Source: an uncultured Actinomycetes bacterium
Lineage (GTDB): Bacteria; Actinomycetota; Thermoleophilia; Gaiellales; Gaiellaceae
Assembly (NCBI GenBank): GCA_963761485.1
Contig: CAVXGP010000005.1
Location: forward strand, 352,787 to 416,786
Direction of reading: 5' to 3'
Length of the DNA: 64,000 bases
Shown here: piece by piece, positions 60,554 through 64,000 of the stretch
Layout: each line of letters opens with the position of its first letter
Position numbering within the stretch: position 1 is the stretch's first letter
Notes under the pieces: generated by a model
Told to the model about the DNA's origin: nothing
The model's database searches: none
The model's input: only the letters and a program-made list of their open reading frames with translations
Made by a program: the position numbers and the translations under genes

Positions 60554-61687
60554 GTGAGCGAGGTCGCGGAGCTCACCGCGCGCCTGATCGAGATCGAGTC
60601 CATCAACCCCGACGTCGTTGCGGGCGCCTCGGGCGAGACGGAGGTGGCGCGGTTCGTCGCCGGGTGGTGTGAGCGGGCAGGGCTCGACACCTCACTCGAG
60701 GAGGCCGCCCCCGGGCGTCCGAATGTCGTCGCGGTTGCACGCGGAAAGGGCGGTGGGCGCTCGCTGATACTGAACGCCCACACCGACACCGTCGGCGTCG
60801 CGGGCATGACCGACCCCTTCGCTCCACGTCTCGCCGACGGCCGGCTCTACGGCCGCGGCGCGTACGACATGAAGGGGAGCCTGGCGGCGTGCATGGTGGC
60901 GACTGCCGAGGCAGAGCGGCGGGGGCTTCGAGGCGACGTGATCCTCACGGCGGTCGCGGACGAGGAGTTCGCGAGCGTCGGCACCGTGGCGGTCGCGGCG
61001 AGCATCCGCGCCGATGCCGCCATCGTCACAGAGCCGACCGAGCTCCAGGTCGCGGTGGCACATCGTGGCTTCGTGCACGTCGGGATCGAGACCCGCGGGC
61101 GGGCGGCACACGGTTCGCGGCCGCAGCTCGGGATCGATGCGATCGCGAAGATGGGGCGCGTTCTCGTGGGCATCGAGCAGCTCGATTCGGCGTTGCGCGC
61201 CAATCCGACGCACCCGTACGTCGGCAGCGGCAGCGTGCACGCTTCGCTGATCGAGGGTGGCCAGGAATACTCGAGCTACCCCGCGCGCTGCATCTTGCAG
61301 GCCGAGCGCCGAACGATTCCGGGCGAGACCGCGCAGCTGTTCGAGCAGGAGCTCGAAGAGATCGTCGCCCGCGCGGCCACGGGGGACCCCGACTTCGCTG
61401 CCGAGGTTCGTGTGCTCGCGTCGCGGGAGCCGTTCGAGGTCAGGGAGAACTCGCCCATCGTGGACACCGTGCGACGGGCCGCGACGTCCGTGCTTGGCTC
61501 CGCGCCCGATGTCGTCGGGGTCTCGTTCTGGGCCGACTCAGCGCTGCTCTCGGAAGCGGGCATTCCGACCGTTCTCTTCGGCCCACGCGGCGAAGGCGCC
61601 CATGCGGAGGTCGAGTGGGTCGACCTCGACTCCCTCGAGCGCTGCGCCGAGGTCTACGTGGCAGTTGCCGCCGAGCTCTGCTCGTAG
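60554..61687 (+). CDS. M20 family peptidase (ArgE/DapE-like deacylase)
   Basis: The ORF is 377 aa with a GTG start. The motifs are LILNAHTDTVGV, GRGAYDMKGSLAA and ADEEFAS. Confidence 0.85.
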   Translation: MSEVAELTARLIEIESINPDVVAGASGETEVARFVAGWCERAGLDTSLEEAAPGRPNVVAVARGKGGGRSLILNAHTDTVGVAGMTDPFAPRLADGRLYGRGAYDMKGSLAACMVATAEAERRGLRGDVILTAVADEEFASVGTVAVAASIRADAAIVTEPTELQVAVAHRGFVHVGIETRGRAAHGSRPQLGIDAIAKMGRVLVGIEQLDSALRANPTHPYVGSGSVHASLIEGGQEYSSYPARCILQAERRTIPGETAQLFEQELEEIVARAATGDPDFAAEVRVLASREPFEVRENSPIVDTVRRAATSVLGSAPDVVGVSFWADSALLSEAGIPTVLFGPRGEGAHAEVEWVDLDSLERCAEVYVAVAAELCS

Positions 61688-61739
61688 TTGCTCGCGACGA
61701 GCCCTACAGCCAGCCGCTTCGCGGCCAGGACCCTGTTGC

Positions 61740-62522
61740 TCACAGCAAGCTCTCGGAGCCGCCGAGAAACGAGACGACAGCCTCGGATGTCTCCACGAAC
61801 GCGTCCCAGAGAACCGTATGGCCGCCCGGGACGCCGACGACCTCCAGCAGGTCGCCGAGCGCAGCCCGGTGCGCGTCGATGAGGTGATCGTATGGAAGGT
61901 AGGAGCTCTCGCCGAGGACGAGCAGCGTGGGCACCCGCACGTGCTCGAATGGCGGCGGCTGTGATGCCATCTCGCTGTACGCGGCGACCACTGCGGCCTG
62001 GCAGTAGCGGTATCGGTAGAGACCGTCGTAGGACTCCACGAGATGGGTCCGAAGCTCCTCCTCCAGGAGCACCCGCGGCGAGTGCTGAAGCTGGCTCTCC
62101 TCGTATCGACGAGCGATGCCCTCCTCGAACGAGGCGTAGGCGCGCTCCGCGCGCGCGTTCTCCGCTGCGAAGAGGGCAACCTGCGCCGGAAGCAGGATTG
62201 CCGGATCGAGGAGAACGAGCCTCGCAGCGAGCTCCGGCGAACGTGCCGCGAGCTCGAACGCGAGCCGTCCGCCGAACGAGTGCCCGAGGAGGACACCGGG
62301 CTCCGGCCCGACCGTCTCGACGACGGCGTCCAGGTGAGATGCGAGGTCCCACGGCGGCTCGTTGGTCGACGAGCCGTGACCGCGCAGATCCGGCGCGACG
62401 ACGTGAAACCCGCCGAGCGCTTCGGCGAGCTTCGCGAAATGCCGACCGTGGCTCGTGACGCCGTGCAGGCAGACGACGCGCGGGGCGTCCTGATCGCCCC
62501 ATTCCTCGAAGGCGAGCGTCAC
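61740..62522 (-). CDS. alpha/beta hydrolase
   Basis: GTG at 62522 is in the frame of ORF 61740..62774 and makes a GTGA overlap with the peroxiredoxin stop. The motifs are CLHGVTSHGRHF and GHSFGGRLA. Confidence 0.8.
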   Translation of the reverse strand: MTLAFEEWGDQDAPRVVCLHGVTSHGRHFAKLAEALGGFHVVAPDLRGHGSSTNEPPWDLASHLDAVVETVGPEPGVLLGHSFGGRLAFELAARSPELAARLVLLDPAILLPAQVALFAAENARAERAYASFEEGIARRYEESQLQHSPRVLLEEELRTHLVESYDGLYRYRYCQAAVVAAYSEMASQPPPFEHVRVPTLLVLGESSYLPYDHLIDAHRAALGDLLEVVGVPGGHTVLWDAFVETSEAVVSFLGGSESLL

Positions 62523-62986
62523 TCGGACGAGCGAAGGGACTCGAGCGACTCGGGGACCATCTCCGTTCGCCGCTCGTCCCGCATCTTCACGAGGGACCAG
62601 ATGATCATGGCGTCCCGGTCGATCAGGAAGGTGCCGCGGTGCGGAGCACCGTTGACCTCGTTGAAGACGCCGTACGCCTTCGCAGCCTCTCCGTGAGGCC
62701 AGAAGTCGGAGGCGAACGTGTACTCGGCGCCGATCTCCTTCCGCCAGGCCTGACGAGCCGGTGCAGGATCGCACGACACGAACACGATCTCGGTCTGAGC
62801 GTTACGAAACGACTCGAGGTTGGCCTGTAGGTCGCGTGCCTCCTCCTCGCAGACCGGCGTGAAGGCGAACGGATGGAAGACGAGCAGCACGTTGGAGTGT
62901 CCGGCGAAGTCGGAGAGCCGGACGCGCTGTCCGTGCGTCACCTCGAGGTCGAACTCAGGCGCCTTGTCACCGGTCGCCACCGCCAT
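62519..62986 (-). CDS. peroxiredoxin (AhpC/TSA family, AhpE/Bcp-like 1-Cys type)
   Basis: ATG at 62986 (alternative 62992) follows GGGAGAGGAG. LLVFHPFAFTPVCEEE contains the peroxidatic Cys context. Confidence 0.85.
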   Translation of the reverse strand: MAVATGDKAPEFDLEVTHGQRVRLSDFAGHSNVLLVFHPFAFTPVCEEEARDLQANLESFRNAQTEIVFVSCDPAPARQAWRKEIGAEYTFASDFWPHGEAAKAYGVFNEVNGAPHRGTFLIDRDAMIIWSLVKMRDERRTEMVPESLESLRSSE

Positions 62987-64000
62987 CCGCATTCTCCTCT
63001 CCCGATCCGGCCGGGCGATAGTACCGGCGTCCCCGAAGCGCTTCCGGGAGATAGGAAAGCTCGAACCCCGCCGGGTCGTCGTGCGGATAGAGGTACCCCT
63101 CGCCGTGACCACGTGCTTTCGCGGCGCCCTTGTGCCCCGTGGACCGGAGCATCGCCGGCGGACGTGCATTCCCGTGCTCGCGAACGTCCCGGCGCGCCTC
63201 CCAGATCGCGACCGCCGAGGCATTGGACTTCGGCGCTCGGGCCAGGTAGATCGCGGCCTGAGCGAGGTTCAGCTGCGCTTCGGGCAGCCCGACGTGCTCG
63301 AGCGCCTGAGCGGCCGCCACCGCGACCACGAGGGCGTTCGGGTCGGCGTTGCCCACGTCCTCGGAGGCGAGGATGACCATGCGGCGTGCGATGAAGCGAG
63401 GATCCTCGCCCGCCTCGAGCATCGCGGCGAGGTAGTAGACGGACCCGTCCGGGTCGCCCCCGCGCATCGACTTGATGAACGCGGACGCGAAGTCGTAGTG
63501 CTGGTCTCCCTTGCGGTCGTAGAAGAGCGGGCGCTTGCGGGCAGCGTCGAGCAGGTGTTCCTCGGAGATCGGCGCTCCCTCCGCTCGTGCCGTCTCGTAG
63601 GCGAGCTCGAGGACCTGGAGCGCCGCTCTCGCGTCGCCCCCAGCCCGCCGGGCGATTAGCGGGACGAGCTCCTCGCCGATCTCCGCATCGAGCGCAGTTG
63701 CTCCGCGCTGAACCACGACAGCGAGCTCCTCCTCGGACAGCGCGACGAGCTCGATGACCGTGCAGCGGGAGAGAAGCGCGGAGTTGACCTCGAAGTAGGG
63801 ATTCTCGGTGGTCGCACCGATCAGGGTCACCAGGCCGTCCTCGACCGCATGGAGGACCGAATCCTGCTGGCCCTTGTTGAAGCGATGAATCTCGTCGATG
63901 AAGAGGATCGTCCGCAGGCCGTTCCCGCCCAGCCGGTCACGTGCGCGCGCGATGACGGCCCGCACGTCGTCGACCCGCGCGGATACCGCGGAGAGCTCCT
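62967..64000 (-). CDS. rarA: replication-associated recombination protein A (AAA+ ATPase), 5' end outside the window
   Basis: The ORF is open to the window edge. The sequence is ILFIDEIHRFNKGQQD...LIGATTENPYFEVNSALLSR...GDPDGSVYYLAAMLEAGEDPRFIARRM. Confidence 0.9.
   Translation of the reverse strand, partial: ELSAVSARVDDVRAVIARARDRLGGNGLRTILFIDEIHRFNKGQQDSVLHAVEDGLVTLIGATTENPYFEVNSALLSRCTVIELVALSEEELAVVVQRGATALDAEIGEELVPLIARRAGGDARAALQVLELAYETARAEGAPISEEHLLDAARKRPLFYDRKGDQHYDFASAFIKSMRGGDPDGSVYYLAAMLEAGEDPRFIARRMVILASEDVGNADPNALVVAVAAAQALEHVGLPEAQLNLAQAAIYLARAPKSNASAVAIWEARRDVREHGNARPPAMLRSTGHKGAAKARGHGEGYLYPHDDPAGFELSYLPEALRGRRYYRPAGSGEENADGGGDR

Overview
This is a very GC-rich chromosomal segment, roughly 70% G+C by eye (not computed). 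GTG/TTG starts, strong GGAGG-type RBSs and many 4-nt ATGA/GTGA stop-start overlaps suggest a high-GC Gram-positive, probably actinobacterial, genome; that is inference only. I can support about 64 protein-coding genes and one tRNA-Phe(GAA). One of the genes is a frameshifted hyuA. I saw no rRNA, CRISPR array, transposase, integrase or phage genes. Most long ORFs in the six-frame track are Arg/Ala/Pro/Gly-rich antisense artefacts of the high GC content. The real genes are the ones with recognisable family motifs and tight operon packing. The content is almost entirely catabolic, and at least 17 predicted C-N bond hydrolases are present. These are two amidase-signature amidases, three M20 amidohydrolases, three isochorismatase-like cysteine hydrolases, two HyuA/HyuB ATP-dependent hydantoinase/oxoprolinase pairs, a dihydropyrimidinase, an asparaginase, an arginase, two polysaccharide-deacetylase/PuuE-like enzymes, a formamidase and a cyclase/formamidase-like protein. 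They are interleaved with CoA-dependent organic-acid genes: two family III CoA-transferases, an HMG-CoA-lyase-like lyase, and a CitE/MaoC/PrpD/2x acyl-CoA dehydrogenase set that resembles itaconate degradation loci. Also present are two aconitase-superfamily dehydratases, two GntR/FCD regulators, an NCS1-type permease, a PotABCD-like ABC importer and a COG0523 metallochaperone GTPase. There are three main modules. Module 1 is an 11-gene plus-strand operon (10173-22314). Module 2 is a divergent pair, citE-maoC-prpD-acd-acd (35309-30203, minus) and adh-hyuA*-hyuB-gntR-LLM-caiB-puuE-like-isochorismatase-like (35380-45096, plus). Module 3 is an amidase-dihydropyrimidinase-isochorismatase-like-aconitase operon (47636-53071). 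The most interesting signal is this repeated, paralogue-rich architecture. It couples ring-opening and deamidation of N-heterocycles to CoA-dependent processing of a branched dicarboxylate, which matches no characterised pathway I know. Smaller sequence-level oddities include a 1-nt frameshift in hyuA copy 2 and an MFS gene whose conserved N-terminus has no canonical start codon. There is also a probable non-AUG (CTG or ATC) start in a tandem methyltransferase pair and a GatC/AtzG-like micro-ORF coupled to an amidase. A perfect 12-bp palindrome has a near copy elsewhere, an ACGTGA repeat array sits in one divergent promoter region, and two mini-ORFs form a stop-start relay between two genes. 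All functional calls come from family-level motif recognition by eye. No database search was run.
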